This document shows positions 47,891 through 62,520 of a stretch of DNA of 64,000 bases, one piece after another (the first letter of the stretch is position 1; each line of letters opens with the position of its first letter). The translations under genes and the position numbers were made by a program. The DNA comes from Dipteris shenzhenensis (taxonomy: Eukaryota). Under the pieces are notes generated by a model. It did no database searches. It worked only from the letters and a program-made list of their open reading frames with translations, and was not told where the DNA came from. The stretch lies in assembly GCA_047967505.1 (NCBI GenBank), contig CM106538.1; one strand, 5' to 3'.

Positions 47891-50800
47891 TACAAGTTAA
47901 ACTTATTTATTTCATTAAAAACTATTGCTTATTAAAATCTATTTATGTAATTAAATGACTATCTTTCCCTTTGCTAGTTCTTTAGGTAGATAATTTGGAA
48001 TTGATTTATTCAATTTATTCTTCTTTGGTCATTCCTTATTTTATATTTTCTCATTTTCATTTACTCAATTTATTTTCTCTTTATGGATTCATTATCCTTT
48101 ATGCTTGATCTTAGATTCACCTTTAAACCACTTTTTTATGCTTTTTAATTTTTGACTTTGTTTCTTTGGTAGGTGGTAGCTTGTTTCTTTTACTCTTCCA
48201 AAACTAGACAAGGTTGTTTAGAAAAATTATTTATATTTTCCTTCTCAAATTTCTCCTTAAAAAAAAAAATTATGTTTCCTTACGCTTTAAAATTTTGGGA
48301 TGATATATAATTTCTAATGTTCTTTGCCTTTAACGGTGTCATAAAGCTTTATTTCATCATTTATTAACCCCTTTTAAAATATCTTATTAGGTACATTTGA
48401 TGGTATTATTGGGTTATTATTGGTATAACGTACTTAAAACCTTTTCTTCCCTTATTCACCCCCAAAAATTGTAGCTCTTGATGGTAGAATACCCCCCATG
48501 GAAATTGATTGGGCCTTAATTTGGCATTCAGGGACATGGATAACTCTTGCACCATTTAAGTATTTCTTTAATTGCCAAGAATGGATGTGGACTTACCCCT
48601 TAATCTAATTCATTTAATTTGGTTAGCCCTTTAAGTCTTCGTTGGGATGTGGATTACCCCCCTACGATAGTTAAAAATTCACATTTTTTTTGTTTTATTA
48701 GAATTCATAACTTTTCTAAAGGCAGTGCTCTTGTATCATATTGTAGGTGTCTTAATGGTCCTTGCTACTTATATAATTAATTAATTTCTTCTCACTTTTC
48801 AAAAATTTAGATTCAAATTATCTAGTTTCCATCTTTTCTCCCTTCTCTTTAATCCGGGTTAGCAAAGAGGCTCTCCATCTCCCCCTTTAGAATTTTTTCC
48901 CTTTATCTAAATTCTTTAGAATGTAAACCTCCACTATGTTCTTAAATTCCTTTAGGGCTTCCTTTTTTTTCTTAGAATTCTGAAAGGTTTGTTCATGTTC
49001 TTTGGTAAAGTGATAACAAGCCAGAGGATACATGCATTACCTATCTACCTAAATTCAACTTCATTGTTCTAACAATTGGTTGGCTTGGATGGTGGTAGGT
49101 AAGTAGACCTTGACCTTGGAGCTTGGACTAATTGATGGATTCGACACCCTTTTCCAATCTTGTGTTCCTATTTCAAACTCAATATGATTATAAATTCTCA
49201 ATTTTGTTAGAATTTTTGCAAACTCTCAAATTTTTGCAATTCCCAACTTAGCTGTCGTAAATATATTTTTGTACTTGTCTCATATATAACTTTTTATCCA
49301 AATGGTGGAATTAATTATATGGCTCATTTATTGATGGGACTATTAAAGCTAAATGCACACTGATTTCCCAACTAGCCTTTGGTCCGGGCTAGTGCCATAC
49401 AGTTAATTCACATTGATTGGATAACTCTTTATTATGTATATTTTGTAGTCATGTTATCATTGGATAATTTTTGGCTTGAGAAAAATATTTTTCAATAGGT
49501 AATGCTTTGATTCCATTTAATTTGAGTACTAGTTATTACTTCTTATGTGCAGAAACATGGTAGTATGGAACTGGGATACACTTATACTAGTGACATCACT
49601 TTTTAACACTTATCATAATGATCCATTTTTTCTCTACACAATACTAGGTGGGGAGTAAGTTCCACATGGTGGGCTTACTCCCCACCATGTGGTCTTACCC
49701 TTTGGGTTGGGGATGGGCTACACACACGCACACACACATTTTCTATACTTTACAAACACACTCATGCACAGACACACATACACACACCCATACAATACAC
49801 ACAAACTCCCTTTCTTTGGAAGAATTTGTACCCCTAAATTATTGGTCCTCACGCCCCCGCCCTCACCCCCCACTTATGATTTACACTAACTAAACCACCC
49901 CACTTAAAAGCTTCTTATTATTACTACTAACCCTTAAAAATTCCTTTAACCCTATGCCTATTCTTTCATTCAGAATATATAATTTATTTAAATTGAACTA
50001 TTATTCCCCCCCCATGCCCTACCTTGTTTTTTAAAAAGCTTTTTTACGAATTATTACAAATTATACCCCTAGACATACTAAAACTCAAATTGTACCTCCC
50101 AATAACTCTGTGCCCTCGGCATTCTGTGAAACAAGATTGATTAAAAGTGATTTTGCACCTTAAAAACTCAAAATAAGGCACTAATATATATATATATATA
50201 TATATAGCTAGGTCCTTCCCTCCCTTTTGTATCCTAATGGCATCAACACCCTTATTGGCACGACCCGCTTGCTTTACCCCTCTTCTTGCTTAATGGCCTA
50301 TTTTCCCTAGACACACACACACAAACAACTGCCATTTAACATGCTCTCAAAGATTGGAACGGACGTCGCATGGTCACGGCCTTCGCTCACCTTGTTCTTA
50401 ACCTTTTCGCCTTTACATTCATAGCGTGCCTTTCCTTGGATACCTTTCAATTCTGATGGATCTCTTTGTTTGCTTTAGTGCCTTCACCTTTTGCACCTTA
50501 ATCTTCATTTATGCCTTTGTTTCCAACCCTCTCTCGCAGGTTTGCCTTCAACACTCTATCTCACCTTCTCACTTGAGGAGTTAGTTGTTTAGTGGCTCTT
50601 ATCAATGTGGTGAGCTTTACTACTTTTGCCAAGTGGTCCTATGGACTACATTATTGTTCCATGGTGGTCGACTTTATGCTTGGTTTGCCTCTAGTGCTTT
50701 AGTTACGTGACTATGATCTGTAGTTGACAATCTTGCATATTGCGGTTCTTAGCCTTCATTTTTCTTTTCCTCCCTTATCTATTCAAACCTTACCACCTTT

Positions 50801-51075
50801 TGTGATTACCGGGTTGCCAATTGCATGGAAGCCTCTTCATTTGCCTTTGTTTGCCTCTTCCAGGGCCGATTGCCTCAGCTCTTACTTGAGGTTTCTTGAC
50901 TTCTAGGAGACCCCTTCCGGTCTTTCTTCAAGCTTAGGTACCGTGACACTTCTTGTAAGTTGTCGCGTTACCTGCATGACAGTCTCTTGTTTTTGTCGAG
51001 TCAACTTCTTGTTGACTTTGGCTTAGTTGGCTCTTTATTTATCCTTTTTTGGCTCTTTATTTGTTTTTAGGTTTT

Positions 51076-51116
<41 letters not shown>

Positions 51117-54100
51117 ATTCATTTAATTTGGTTAGTCCTTTAAGTCTTTGTTGGGATGTGGATTACCCCCCTACGATAGTTAAAAATTCACATTTTTTTG
51201 TTTATTTAGAACTCATAACTTTTCTAAAGGCATTGTTCTTGTATCATATTGTAGGTGTCTTAATGCTCCTTACTACTTATATAATTAATTAATTTCTCCT
51301 CAATTTTTAAAAATTTTTGATTCAAATTATCTAGTTCCGATCTTTTCTCCCTTCTCTTTAATTAGGGTTAGCAAAGAGGTTGTCCACCTCCCCCTTAAGA
51401 TTTTTTTCACTTTATCAAAATTCTTTAAAATGTAAACCTCCACTATGTTTTAAATTCCTTTAGGGCTTCCCTTTTTTTCTTAGAATTCTAAAAGGTTTGT
51501 TCATGTTCTTTGGTAAAGTGATAACAAGCCAGAGGATACAAGCATTACCTGTCTACCCCAATTCAACTTCATTGTTTGAACAACTCGTTGGTTTGGATAG
51601 TGGTAGGTAAGTAGACCTTGACCTTGGAGGACTACCTGATGGATTCGACAGCCTTTTCCAATCTTGTATTACTATTTCAAACTCAATATGAGTATCAATT
51701 CTCAATTTTGTTAGAATTTTTGCAAACTCTCAATTTTTTGCAATTCCCAACTTAGGTGTTGTAAATATATTTTTGTACTTGTCTCATATATAACTTTTTA
51801 TCCAAATGGTGGAATTAATTGTATGGCTCATTTATTGATAAGAGTATTAAATATAAACACACACACTGATTTCACAACTAGCCTTTGGTTGGGGCTAGTG
51901 CCATACAATTAATTCACATTGATTGGATAACTCTTTATTATGCATAGTTTGTAGTCATGTTATCATTGGATAATTTTTGGGTTGAGATAAATATTTTTTA
52001 ATAGGTAATGTTTTGATTCCATTTAATTTGAGTACTAGTTATTACTTTTTATGTGCGAAAACAAGGTAATATAAAACTAGGATACACTTATGCTAGTGAC
52101 ATCACTTTTTGACACTTATCATAATGATCCATTTTTTTTCTACACACTACTAGGTGGGGAGTGAGTTCCACATGGTGGGCTTATTCCCCACCCTGTGGTC
52201 TTACCCTTTGGGTTGGGTGTGGGCCACACATACACACACACACACACATGCACGCTCACGCTCACGCACACGCACACACACACACACACACACACATTTT
52301 TTTAAGTTTAAAAACACATACATGACCACACACACACATACACACACCCATACAGACAAACTCCCTTTCTTTGGCACAATTTTTACCCCTAAATTATTGG
52401 TCCTCATGCCCTCGCCCTCACTTCCCACTTATGATTTACACTAAATGAGCCACCCCACTTGAAAGCTTCTTATTATCATCACTAACCCTTAAAAATTTCT
52501 TTAACCCTATGCTTATTCTTTCATTCATAATATATAATTTATTTAAATTGAACTATTATTTCCCCCGCCCACCCTATCTTGTTTTTTTAAAAGTTTTTAT
52601 GCAAATTATTACAAATTATAAGCCCACACACACTAAACTCAAATTGTACTTCCCAGTAACTCTGTCCTCTCGGCATTTTAAAAGACAAGATTGATTAAAG
52701 GTGATTTTGTAGCTCAAAAACTCAAAATAAGGAACTAATATATATATATATAGCTAGGTCCTTCCCTCCCTTTTGTACCCTAAACAGTTTTAGTGCCATC
52801 ATTTGCACGATCGCTTTCTTTACCCCTCTTCTTACTTAACGGCCTATTTTCCCTACACACACACACACAATCAATCGCCATTTCACATGCTCTCAAAGAT
52901 TGGAATTTCATTTACTTAATTTATTTTCTATTTATGGATTCATTGTCCTTTATACTTGATCTTAGCTTTACCTTTAAACTACATATGGTTTTTAATTTTT
53001 GACTTTGTTTCTTCACTAGGTGGTAGCTTTTCTTTTCACTCTTCCAAAACTCGACAAGATTGTTAAGAAAAACAGTTTTTTCTATACTTTTCTTCTCAAA
53101 TTTATTCTAAAAAAAAAAAATTTTCTTTATGCCTTAAAATTTTGGGATGATATATAATTTCTAATGTTCTTTGCCTTTAACGGTGTCATAAAGCTTTATT
53201 TCATCATTTATTAACCCCTTTTTAAATATCTTATAAGGTTCATTTGATGTTATTATTGGTATAACGTACTTAAAACCTTTTCTTCTCTTATGCCCCCCCA
53301 AAGGTTGTAGCTCTGGATGGTAGGATACCCCCCATGGAAATTGATTGGGCCTTAATTTGGCATTCAGGGACATGGATAACGCTCTGCACCATTTAAGAAT
53401 TTCTTTAATTGCCAAGCATGGATGTGGACTTAGCCCATGATCTAACTCATTTAATTCGGTTAGTCCTTTACGTCTTCGTTGGGATGTGGATTACCCCCCT
53501 ACAATAGTTAAAAATTCACATTTTTTTGTTTATTTAGAACTCATAACTTTTCTAAAGGTAGTGCTCTTGTATCATATTGTAGGTGTCTTATTGCTCCTTG
53601 CAACTTATATAATAAATTAATGTCTTCTCAATTTGCAAAATTCTTTGATTCAAATTATCTAGTTCCCATTTTTGCTCCCTTCTCTTTAATTAGGGTTAGC
53701 AAAGAGGTTCTCACCTCCCCCTCAAGAGTTTTTTCACTTTATCAAAATTCCTTAGGATGTAAACCTCCATGTTCTTAAATTCCTTTAGGGCTTCCTTTTT
53801 TTTCTTAGAATTCTGAAAGGTTTGTTCATGGTCTTTTGTAAAGTGATAACAAGCCAGGGGATACAGGCATTACCTGTCTACCTAAATTCAAATTCATTAT
53901 TCTTACAACTGGTTGGTTTGGATGGTGGCAGAGGTAAGTAGACCCTGACCTTGAAACTTAGACTACTTGATGGATTCGACACCCTTTTCCAATCTTGTGT
54001 TCTTATTTCAAACTCAATATGATTATGAATTCTCAATTTTGTCAGAATTTTGGCAAACTCTCAATTTTTTGCAATTCCCAACTTAGCTGTCGTAAATATA

Positions 54101-55188
54101 TTTTTGTACTTGCCTCATATATAACTTTTTATCCAAATAGTGGAATTAATTGTATGGCTCATTTATTGATGGGACTATTAAATCTAAACACACACACTGA
54201 TTTCCCAACTAGCCTTTGGTCGGCGGGCTAGTGCTATACAGTTAATTCACATTGATTGGATAACTCTTTATTATGTATAGTTTGTAGTCATGTTATCACT
54301 GGATAATTTTTGGCTTGAGATGAAAATTTTTCAATAGGTAATGTTTTGATTCCATTTAATTTGAGAACTAATTATTACTTTTTATGTGCAGAAACAAGGT
54401 AATATGGAACTGGGATATGCTTATACTAGTGACATCACTTTTTGACACTTATCATAATGATCCATTTTTTCTCTACACACTCCTAGGTGGGGAGTAAGTT
54501 CCATATGGTGGGCTTATTCCCCACCATGTGGTCTTACCCTCTGGGTTGGGGGTGGGCCACATGCACACGCACACACACACGCACATGCACATGCACACGT
54601 ACACGTGCACGCACATGCACACGCCCATGCCCATGCCCATGCCCACGCACATGCACATGCACACGCACACACATGCGCACACACACACACATGCACATGC
54701 GCGCACACACACACACACGCACACACACACATTTTTTATACTTTACAAACACTCACATACACACACACATAGACATACACACACCCATACACACAAATTT
54801 ATTTAAATTGAACTATTATTTCCCCCCCTACCCTATTTTATTTTTTAAAAAGCTTTTATATGAATTATTACAAAGTATACCCCTACACACCCTAAAACTC
54901 AAATTGTAGTTCCCAATAACTCTGTTCCCTCGGCATTTTAGAAAACAAGATTGATTAAAAGTAAATTTGCACCTTAAAAACTCAAAATAAGGAACTAATA
55001 TATATATATAGCTATGTCCTTCCCTCCCTTTTGTACCCTAAATGACTGCAGTGCCATCATTGGCACGACCCGCTTGCTTTACCCCTCTTCTTACTTAACG
55101 CTCTATTTTCCCTAAACACACACATACACACACAAACAACCACCATTTGACATGCTCTCAAAGATTGGAACGGACATCGCATGGTCAC
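44660..55188 (+). repeat. Complex tandem array of ~2.3-3.5 kb units (about 5 partial or complete copies) with (CA)n/(TA)n tracts
   Basis: GTAAAGTGATAACAAGCC recurs at ~44669, 49005, 51513, 53838. Hairpin CCAYATGGTGGG..CCCACCMTGTGG at ~45252, 46196, 49662, 52168, 54501. GCTAGGTCCTTCCC-like motif at ~45767, 46658, 50207, 52753, 55011. Confidence 0.9.
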
Positions 55189-55550
55189 TATTGGGATATG
55201 TGTGATCAAGGGCTTGCTAGGTGCATGTGTGCATTCACTAGGAGTCATATGGTTGTGTGTGTGCGCGTGTAGAAGAGGTAGACTTAGAGCCATAGGCCAT
55301 GACACACGTGATGATGTAATGCAAAGGCAGGGTGGTGCCTATGATTGTGGAGTTCCTATGATTTAGGAGTTACCTCCATTGATGTACGAGAGGTACCATT
55401 GATTTAGGCCACCCTCTCTCCATTTCTATAAAAGAGGGACTTCCCTCTCACAATGAATAGAACACCCATTTGAATATCTCATGTGTTCTCACTCACCTCC
55501 ATGATGAAGCTATCCTATCTCCCCAAGTTCCAACATTTGGTATCAGAGCC
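55189..55550 (+). mobile_element. 5' LTR and PBS of an LTR element that truncates the tandem array
   Basis: TATTGGG (from TGTTGG)...TTCCAACA at 55189-55535 with internal TATAAAA; PBS TGGTATCAGAGCC at 55538-55550. No partner LTR in the window. Confidence 0.8.
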
Positions 55551-56930
55551 ACTCTGACCTCCATGAGCATCTAGAGCTTCCAAAACTGCCATGTCATCAT
55601 CTTTTCCATCTCTCTCCTCCTTCATGCTTTCTTCCACCTCTTTCCCCAATTTTTCCAAGTGCTTGTTCTCCCTATATAAACAATCATTTCCCAAGCCCTC
55701 TAACCTATAGCTTCCTTAGGTTAGGGCAAATCTTCAAGTCCAAGGAATTAAGGAAATACTGCTCTAGTCGTGCATGCCGACAGCTTCTCTATCCGATAAA
55801 CTTTTGTGTAATTCGGCTTGTAGGAGTAGCCATTACTCAGTTCCTCTTAGATACAAGTGGGTGATAGTACAAGAAAGGTGCTGATGAAGTTTGAGAACCA
55901 ATTCTTGCTAGAGTGAGGAAAAAATGTGAAAAAACCAGTCGGAATAAGCACATCTCTCCACGGTGACACAACATGCAATTTTGCCATTCCTCTCTCTTGG
56001 AAATAGTGCTTAGTAAGAGCTTCAATTTTCCTTTGAAAGCCCTCTCAAAGCTTTTATCTTTAGCTTCAAATGAACCCTCAAACTTGAGACTGTTCAATTT
56101 GGGGGTAACAGTGATATCTGCTTCTAATATGAACCATTGAATATGGTTAAGTACTAGAGAGTTTCATTATCCCCCCTTACCCCCCCCCTTTCCTCCTTTT
56201 CAAAATTTAGATAAATTCTTCATTGCTAATTGATAAGTCACTTTTTAATTAGTTGCTTATTTCTTCTTCTTTAATTACAATAACCCTTGTTATGTCTTCC
56301 TCCCTCTCTCACACACACATGCACACACATACACAAATTCCCAGTATTTGTACCCCACCTCCCTTCACATAGTATCTCGTAAGTAATTATTCGCTCTTTA
56401 TACCCTCTTACTACTCTTTCCTATAAGCACTATCAACCTCTCTTTGTGCATGGCACCACCGCCCACATACGTGTGATTCGAAAGTTCTTACCTCTCTACC
56501 TCCTTTATATACACATTAGCTCTTTGCAATACTTCTATTCATTACTTGACTTAATAGAATCTTGCACTATTGTGCTCATAGCATCTAAGGTGTAACTCCT
56601 CCTCTTAAGGCAATCACTATTTACACTATTTTTTAGCCGCCAAAATACACACTCAACAATCACCCGCCATCCCCACAACCCTCCCTTTCATAACATGTTC
56701 ACCACCCATGGACTCCTTTGTTCCTTCATAACATATGCACTACCCATGCACTTCTTTGTTTAATCGCTTTGCTCGTCTTAGCCATGGTTCTTGGAGTGAT
56801 TGTTTCCTGCTGACATATATTTACTCCCTTCAATCCCCTTCTAACCTTCACACCTTCTCCTCCTTCAGTACAAGGCCCCTCCCCCACAAAGGGGTCATAT
56901 GAATTTCTCTATCGAATTTTAAGTGGGTTT

Positions 56931-59900
56931 TGTAAAAGAGATTTATCAGAGAGTATTCGTAGAGTCCTTTTGAGAGTTTGAGATATTAGCCTCATAGTGA
57001 GCACTTTTCTCTCACTAGACTTAGTCTCTTTCTCTATAGAATTAGATTTTATAAAAGAATGCTTAGATATTTCTTAGAGAGAGTTTTGATTGTGCCGATC
57101 CTATTAGATCTTTTTAAAATGCTCGTAGGCACACACAATTACAAGCGGAGCATTGCTACTACTCTACATACATAGTTGACATAGGTTACCGAGTCCTCCT
57201 TAACACACCGTTATCATTCCCCCGAGTCAATTTCATTACTTGTCCTCAAGTTATGGATTATTGTGATCACAGATTTATGAATATTTTAAACTATGCTTGT
57301 TCCATGGAAATTTTTGTGTCACATTAGTCTTTGCCTTGTTGTTGAGTGCTTCTAGAGCTTCTCTTGTTTTGTAGACATAAAAAAGAAGAAGTTATTAATT
57401 GATGATGTGGCACTATGTTAGGTACTTTTTGTTGAGAGTAATGAATCCCATGTGTGCTAGATTGTGCATTTTGATCATGATGCATTGTTTGTCAAGAGGA
57501 ATCTTATCAAGAGATGAGGTAGTTGATGATGAGGCTTAGAAGTTGTATGCATATCTTTGGAAGGCATGGGTGGATTTGTGGTATTGACAATGTCAATAAA
57601 TTTGAGTTCAATGTACCTTCCTCTTGTATTGATTTCTATTGTTGTCGTATTTTACTCTTAACAACTTTCTATTTTCACCTAGAGATTGTTAGAGTGCATA
57701 GTTGGAGCTATGTGTGTGTCTTGTGCAGCCTAAAGTAGATATTCAATATGATCATCTATTCTCCTATGGAATTTGAGGGTATGCCTTAATTTTGATATTG
57801 AGTGCTTGCCATGTTGGTGCCCTTCCCTATTCAATGGGGTTTTATTTATGCATCTAGCTGATATCATGTCTAAAGTGAAAAAGCTTGTGTGTTTCGGTGG
57901 ACCTAACCTATGTCTCTAGGTATGATGGACTTATGGAGTTGTATGATTTGAGAGAGTCTTTTGTGCAAATCTCATTCATTGGTACAATGGTTGAGAAACC
58001 ATGTTATTATTTGTGTGTTGTCCCCAAATCGAGTTTTAACAAGTGCCACTTCTTTATTTGTTTTTATCTTTTCTCTTTTCACTGACCGAGATCAACATTG
58101 GGAAAATGGTTCATGGAGAAACTTCTTTCATGTTGGCATTTGGATTTTCTTGAAGCATTTCTAGTCTTGTAATTGAGTCGATAGGCATGTGGATAAGCTA
58201 GAATAGTATATAGAGTGGATGCTTGAGTTCGTATGTGGATATGCATTTGGAAAAATTGCTTGGTTATGTTCCATTTTTGTGGTTATCGAGTCACTCTTTT
58301 AAGGTTTTGCATATCGCCATCAAGATGACCATATTTCTTTTAGATCATTTCATGGTCTATCAATAGCTACAAAGTTTTGTTGGTGCAGGGGGGTTCTCAA
58401 TTGCATCTTTTGGGGATCTGTTCCCACATTAATCTTTTATCCAAGTGTGGATGTCTATTGGTGGGTACAAAGCAATGCACATATCTCTTTTGTATTGAGA
58501 TAGATTTCAGCCTTATTGTTTGGATTGCATTCGATTGTATGAATACTCATTGTTGCTGAATGAGCATTTCCTTTCCCATTTGTCAATATTTTGTTGGGTT
58601 TCCATTTTCTTGAGTGGTTTTCTTTGGAGTCCTCTTTGATGCCTATTGAATAGATCTTGAATTGCATGTCTCCTTGTCATCTTGCTATTGTTTACTCTCT
58701 ATTCTGAATTTTGAAAAATGATGTAGTTCTTTGATATGGGTTTGTGTCAATTGCTAGCATTTGTTTGAATTTAATGAGCTTCTATTTTACATCTTGTACC
58801 TCATTGTTTTGCTCTCATGGCATGAAGTTTGTTTTTCCTTTAGATCCCGCTCCTGTTGTTGCGTGAGCTATGTCAATTGATGTTGCTAACAATTTTGGAA
58901 TTCATGCGTTAGGTGTACTTGCTCGTGGAAGACATCCTTGAATTTTTGTAGATTTTGTAATTGTTCTATTCCCCTTTGTTCTCCTTTCTACAACAATGTG
59001 TCAAGAGTTGGTAATCAAGGATGTTGATAAGAGAGTGCTTCTAACTATTCTATCTTTGTATTTAGCCTTAGTAAATCCTCTATTATATGGGCAAGATGTA
59101 CCTCCTCTTCCATGGCTGGCATCCATATTTGAGACTTATCCAAGAGAATACTTCCAATATCATTTTCATGCAAAAGCATTGTATTCGAAAAGCCTAGGTG
59201 GTAGAGATGTTCTTCAATGCCACATGCGGTTTTTGCATCCGTGGACAAATATGTGTTAGAACCTTATGGTGCTCCCCTTTGGGTTGCATCCCCATTTGTG
59301 CAATCTACTTGTGTTAGGTGTGCACAGTTCACAGTCATCAAGTGACTATACATTCATAGTATGTTTCTTAGCTCCTTCCTTCTTATTTTTTTAAAATATT
59401 GTTGGTCATTGAGCACATGTTAGTTGATAGGTGATTCTTTTGAACACATTGGTAGAGTATTCGCAGTACTATTCAATGCCTTTAATGATTCTATAGGCTT
59501 TGATCTATGCGTGTTAGAGATTTAGAAATGGTTCCACTTGTATCACATCTAGGTTTAAAAACCTATCGTTCCAATTCTTCTTCAGACATTTCTCAATCTT
59601 TCATGACTGATTCTTCAATCACCATTGCAACATCACATATCTCTGTTATAGTTTTGCAACTATAGTGATCCATTTGCTTGCTAATTCTTCATGCATTTCT
59701 TTGACAAATTTTTTATTTAACTAGTTCTCTGTTGGAGAAAAGTTTCTCTCTGTGATAGCAATTTCTAGCTTGTTAAAATAATTTGCCACTATGTACCCAT
59801 TCTTTGAACTACCCCTAGCAATGCCAATTTTTGAATCTTGTAGTTTGACCTTTGAAGATTGTCAAAATTTGTGGATGGCACATTACGTTCTACAAAGTGT

Positions 59901-60600
59901 AGTATAAAGTATTATCGTAGCATTGGCCATGAGTTTTGTATTGCCAAACCCATTTTGAGGTACTAATCAAATGTTTCTCCCATGAGAGCTTGTGGAAGTA
60001 CTAGATAATCTTGCTCCTATCTTGAAAGTTAAGGTGTCTTCGAACCATTTTTTCTCAAACGAGGTAATAAATTCTTTAGGATGACCTAGGCATGAGAACA
60101 TAGGCATATATGCAAGGGGATCATGTTGCCTGCCAAATGTTGGTGGGATTGACTTGGTCCCTTGTATTGTTGGTATACATAGATTCTATGTATTGGGGGT
60201 CGTCTTCTGGAATCTAATTCCATATGGGTCCCGTTGTGAGCTTTTACACTATTTGGGGATTTCTCTTGTAAGAGGGTTATGAAGTACCAGGATTGTATTC
60301 AATACTAGTTGACCTTTGACCCAATCATGATAGCCAAGGTAATAGCTTGTCAATTTTTTCATAATGGATTGTCAAAATTCTTAAAGTGTCAATTGAATGG
60401 TCAATTGACTTGCATGAGTTCCTTGAACTATAGTTTGGTACCACCAAATCAGTTGAATTAAACTTGGCATGAGCTTATGGTACATAAGGATGAAGATTCC
60501 ATTTCTCTCATTTTGTCATGATGCTAAAATTGTCCAATTGGTGATGTCCTTGTTGAACAATGCTAATTTGTTGATGAAGTGGTGCAATAGTTATATAAAA
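56931..60600 (-). mobile_element. Degenerate Gypsy (probably chromovirus) pol with PPT and 3' LTR
   Basis: Minus strand: CTTGAGGACAAG...GGGGGAA then TGATAAC (LTR ~57216->56931); KKYL..W/TW chromodomain-like relic ~57420-57450; RT relics GYH (~60330), PYG (~60220), LGH (~60085). Confidence 0.5.
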
Positions 60601-61059
60601 AATATCCATCTACTTTAAGGTCAAGGTCACCATCATCACAATGTCGATTAACCATGATGTGGATTGTATGGACCAAGCGGATTGCATTGATTGTGGATGA
60701 CAAATTCAAGGAGGAGGGTTGTTGTAGACACCTACTAGTCGTACTTGCATGCACAAACATCCAGAAGTCGAATAAACTGTCATCAGGTCCAGCGGCGGTT
60801 GATGTGAGCTCATGTTCTCTCCCTCTGTAAATTTTTTTTGATGAGGATAGATCGACACTTTCTTTAGGTGCTTCTAGGAGTGCACCCTTCCATCTAGTCT
60901 TTCAGGAGATCTTCGACTTTGGCTCAATTCCCTCATCTTTGTGTCAAGATTGTATTTGTTTAATCTCGAGAGGGAGTAGTAGATCAAGAGATTCTATCAT
61001 GGCACCCAATCACCTTGCTAGATACAACCTACAAGATCTTAGCCAAGATTTTGAGTCTG

Positions 61060-62520
61060 GGCCGGGGCCCCATCTTGATAACATCATTCATGACATTCAA
61101 ACAAGTTTTGTTCATGAACACAATGTGATGGGCAACATATACACCTTTTGAGAGTTTTGTGGATTGGCCCGGAGAGGAGTCTTAACCTATCATAGCCTTT
61201 CTCTTGGATTTTGAGAAGGCTTACGAAAGGTGTAGAGTGGCCTTGTTTGGAGGGCACCATGCGACAGATGAGTTTCTCAGATAGATGGATTTGGAGTGTC
61301 TTTGCCTTGTATATTGGGAGTGTGAACCAGATGCTTATTGGCGGTTACACCAGAGGGGCCTTCTCCCTTTCCCATTCTGTACATCAAGGCCTCCCTCTTG
61401 CTCCTTTCCTCCAAAGGCTTTGGGCTATTTCCTACACTCCTAGGTGGCTGGCCTCATTGGGATGCGGCTCTCAATCCACTAGGAGGAGCTATTGCACTCG
61501 GAGTTTGCAGATGACATGACACTTCTTGTCGAGGTCATGGCATAGGGTCTAGAGGGAGTCCGAGGAGTATTGTTTCGCATTTGGGGCTAAGATCAATTGG
61601 ACCAAATTCGCCAACTCTGTGACAACAATTAAGGAGGTTCAAGAAATCTTGGACTGAGGGGCCACTCTTGTCTTTCGGTGGATCCTATTGCTAGATAGTG
61701 TGCGGTGCAAGATTTTGTATTGGAGCTTGATGAAACTCCCCCTTGTAAGGAGGGCCCTGATGACCAACCAAGTCCTCTTGGCCATGGCTTGGTACGTAGC
61801 CTTGTGCTAGTGTTTTCAAAAGGGATGCATGGAACAGCTCAGGTTCTTGGTGCACAATTTCTTGTGGACAGGATCAGATATCATGAGGAACACTAGAGTC
61901 AAGGTTGCCTAGCAGATGGAGATCTTGCCCCAAGTGAGGGAGGACTTGGTATCATAGACCTAGAGATGCAAAGTAGAGCCCTTTTGGTCAAGCTGGTAGT
62001 GCTAGGTCTCACCCCAAGTTTGGAGCCTTAGAAGCTCCTACATCAGAGAGGGATTCTTTGGAACACCCCCCCCCGCAGAAGAGGCCAATGGCAACAGTCT
62101 CATCAATGGATCTTCTTAGAGCCCCCCTCACAAGGAAGGGCTCACCACTAATGAGGAGCCTAGGTAGCGTTTGACTGCGTTTCTCTAGGAGACTTATTTG
62201 GGCCAGCCCTCAAGTGTTGTGAGGAGTTTGAGCGGTAGCCCTCTTATTACATCCACAAGTTCGAGATCAGAAGGGCTTCATGCTAAGGCAACGAACACAC
62301 GTTGGTTGGGTGTAATGGGATAGTAGCCAAGCTAGATAGTTCATAACATGGAGCCCTCTCTCCATTGGACAAAGGCATGAGCACAAGCCCTCACCCATCT
62401 GAGGGGGGTACGCACGTGGACACTAGAGATATACTCCACCATCCCTGAGTCTGCATGAAGAGTTTGCACAAGGTCTTAATCGCTGTTGGTATAGATAGTT
62501 CTCTAGGCTGACAAGGCTGT
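61060..62520 (+). mobile_element. Degenerate L1-clade LINE (RT and downstream region), related to 17000-18960
   Basis: IIHDIQTSFV; LLDFEKAYE; SVHQGLPLAPFL; EFADDMTL; GGLGIIDLEMQSRALLVKLV. Confidence 0.85.

Noticed and set aside
44218-55366. His/Thr- and Cys/Val-rich ORFs in the tandem array
   Set aside because: Translations of (CA)n/(TG)n microsatellites.
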